Source: Lama glama
Taxonomy: Eukaryota
Direction: 5' to 3'
DNA: 64,000 bases
Assembly: GCA_028534125.1 (NCBI GenBank)
Contig: CM052816.1
Span: forward strand, 62,746,001 to 62,810,000
In this document: positions 61,204 through 64,000 of the stretch, one piece after another
How positions within the stretch are numbered: position 1 is the stretch's first letter
Layout: each line of letters begins with the position of its first letter
The notes under the pieces: generated by a model
Told to the model about the DNA's origin: nothing
What the model saw: only the letters and a program-made list of their open reading frames with translations
Databases searched by the model: none
Translations under genes and position numbers: made by a program

Positions 61204-62474
61204 GGAATGAATTAACTTTATCCTATTAAGAAGCATATGTCTATTCTATTAACATAAACCTATTATTTTTCCAACTATGAAGTAACAACGACCTTTTCCC
61301 TTTGCCTTCTTGGCAAACATGTCTTAGAAAGGAGTATTTCTTTTATTTTGGTGGGGGCAAAACTCAGAGTCACTTGTTTATTGGAGTCCTAACCAAAAGC
61401 AAACTCTAATTAGGCAGAAACATGAATACTATGACAATTCCTATGCAAAGAAATATATTAAATTTGACCTGATTTCAGGAGTGTTTAGTTACTTTTTTAT
61501 GCTTAATTTATATGACAAGCAAAAATTGATTGGCACCATCTAAGATAATGTTATTGCAAACAAATTTTTAAAATATCCTTTTAACAGGAGTTTACATAAG
61601 AATATCTTACAAATTTCTTTATCTTACAAATTTCTTTTCCGTGAAGGTTTTCATATATTTCATTTTATTTCCTAAATTTTCACAATTACTCTGATCTAAG
61701 ATGAGCAAAACTACTTTCTTTAGTAATATTCTTGATTATTATATAGGAGTCACCAACCTGTACTATTTTTTAGTTTATGGATCTAATATAAAATTATTAG
61801 TTAAAAAATCTAGATGAGATTTCTGTGAATATTTTATAGTCTATGTAAGGATATTAACAATTCTGTTGGTTTATGTACCTTCAAAACCCAGAAATCTAAG
61901 ACTGGGAGAGGTAACATGCATTTTTAACTTTACTCAATTAATGGTAATTTCATCAAGAAGTGTAGTTTCACTACATAAAGTTCAGTCTGTGAATAATGCT
62001 TTGCAAGTCAAAACACTTCAAAAGAAAACTTCAGTCTAATATAGCTTAATTCTTTTGATCCTTCAGAGTTGGAAAAAGATGCAAAATTAGAATTTCAAAA
62101 GAAAAATGGAATTCAAACGGTCTATGTGAAATGCTCTTGTTTTTTTCTAGTGATTTGTAAATCTTTGAGATTAAGGTGAACACTTGAAACAAAATTTGAA
62201 AAAAAAAACTAAGCATCTGTGATATTGTAAAAAGTTTACTGTAATCATGGAAGATATGTAAATATCTGTCACTGCACAAAATCAAAACATTATTTTGTAA
62301 AGAATGAAAGAGAAAAGCACATTGACTGCTAGAAAGTCTTTCCAAAATTAGAAATTTCCTTCCCAATATACTCTCTTGAGAAACAAGGACTGTATTGAAT
62401 CCCATGATGTAATAGGGATTTTAAAAAGTAGAAAATGCTAGATTAAATAAAATTTATGGTATCGAGGAATTTCA

Positions 62475-64000
62475 TTTGTACAATATATTATTGTTAACTG
62501 TAGATACTCTGTCATACAGTAGGTCTCCAAGACTTACTCATCCTGTGTAATTGAAACTTTATACCTGCAGAACAGCAGCTCCCTACACCCCCTTACCCTC
62601 AGCTCCTGGGCACTGCCATTGTACTCCCTGTTTTACGAGTCTATCTTAGATGCCTCATGTAAGTGTGATCATGTGGTATGTGTTCTTATGTGACAGCATA
62701 ATGTCCTCAGGGTTCATCTGTGTTCTTATATATTGCAGAATTTGCTTCTTCTATAAAGCTGAATAGTGTTTCAGTGTGTGTGTATGAGGCAATTCCTCTG
62801 TCCCTTCATCTGTCAGTGGATAGATTGCTTCCCTATCTGGGTTATTTTAAGTAATGCTTCAACAGACAGAAAGTCACATATCTCCTTGAGAACCTGATAT
62901 CAGTTCTTTTGGATGCATATCCAGAAATGAGATTGCTAGATCATATGTTAATTCTATTTTTAATTTGGGGGGGAACATTCATACTGTTTCCCATAGTAGG
63001 TAAACCATTTTACATTTGCACCACCAGTGTACAAGGGTTCCCTTTTCTCCACATCCTTGCCGACACTTGTTATCTTTTGACTTTTTGACAATAGCCAAAC
63101 TAATAGGTATCAGGTAATGTCTCTCATTGTGGTTTTGATTTGTATTTCCCTGATAGTGATGTTGAGCATCTTTTTGTATGCATGTTGGTTATTTGCATGT
63201 CTTCTTTGGAGAAATTTCTTTGCTCATTTTAAAAATCAGATGATTAGTTTTTTGATACTAAGTTGTATGATTTCCTTGTATTTTGGATATTAACCTCTCA
63301 TTACATATATGGTTTACCAATATCTTCTCCCATTCATGGGTTGCCTTTTCCCTCTTTTTTCCCTTTGCTGTGAAGAAGACATGGAGTTTGATAGAGTCAC
63401 ACTTCTATGTTTTGCTTTTGTTGCTTGTGCTTTTGTTGCCATATCCAAGAAATCATTACCAAGCTCAGTGTCATCAAACTTGTTCCCTATGTTTTCTTAA
63501 AGGCATTTTATGGTTTCAAGGTGTTATGTTTAAGTCTTTAATCAGATTTCAGTTGATTTCTGTGTGTGGTGAAAGATAAGGACCTAATATCATTCTTCTG
63601 CGTGGGGATATCCAGTTTTCCCAGCACTATTTATTAGAGACTATTATTTCCCCATTATGTATTTTTGGTACCCTTGTTGACTTGAATGACGATATGTGCA
63701 TGGGTTTATTTCTGGGCTCTCAATTCTGTTCCATTGGGCTATGTCTGTTCTTATATCAGTATCATACTCTTTTGTTTACTGTGGCTTTGTAATATATTTT
63801 GAAATCAGAAAGTATGATTCCTCTAGCTTTGTTCTTTCCCAAGATTGCCTTGGCTAGTCTGGGTATTTTGTGGTTCCATATGAATTTTAGGATTTTCTTT
63901 TCTTTTTTTTTTGTGCAAAATGTCATTAGAATTTTGATAGAGATTCCATTGAACTGAAAGTTGTAGATCACTTTGGATTTATAGGCATTTTAACAGTATT
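62475..64000 (-). mobile_element. LINE-1 3'UTR plus ORF2 (L1MA8/9- or L1MB-like), runs off the window end
   Basis: Minus ORF '[41 protein letters not shown]' is L1 ORF2p. Antisense 3'UTR 'tacaatatattattgttaactgtag'. Confidence 0.92.

Noticed and set aside
61603..61637. 17-bp tandem duplication (tatcttacaaatttctt x2) and similar short duplications at about 1654, 13765 and 19468
   Set aside because: Ordinary slippage duplications; two copies without spacers, so not an array.
1..64000. CRISPR arrays, operons or other prokaryote-like systems
   Set aside because: The sequence is eutherian repeat-rich DNA with no repeat-spacer array or dense ORF organisation.

Overview
Mammalian (eutherian) genomic DNA that is AT-rich, CpG-depleted and dominated by interspersed repeats. 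No protein-coding exon, RNA gene, CpG island or promoter could be supported, so this looks like a long intron or gene desert. A large share of the window is degraded retrotransposon and DNA-transposon sequence: LINE-1 of several ages, HAL1, L2, L3/CR1, MIR, MaLR/ERV1/ERVL solo LTRs, and Tigger2-type, MADE2, MER104, MER5 and MER63 elements, often nested in one another. I saw no Alu, B1/B2, BovB/Bov-A, Can-SINE or ERE SINE. The youngest L1 3' ends resemble elements I recall from camelids (alpaca/camel), which is an inference. The ORF-track hits are L1 remnants, microsatellite or N-gap artefacts, or chance ORFs. I found no convincing undescribed biological system. The best second-look items are small: a recursive-splice-site-like motif created inside an L1 5'UTR, a perfect CLEAR/CRE palindrome, an L1 insertion with a triplicated target site, two L1 insertions sharing a target sequence, and repeat-poor blocks that may be enhancers. 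Repeat subfamily names come from recalled consensus sequences. They and the approximate boundaries need RepeatMasker/Dfam confirmation.
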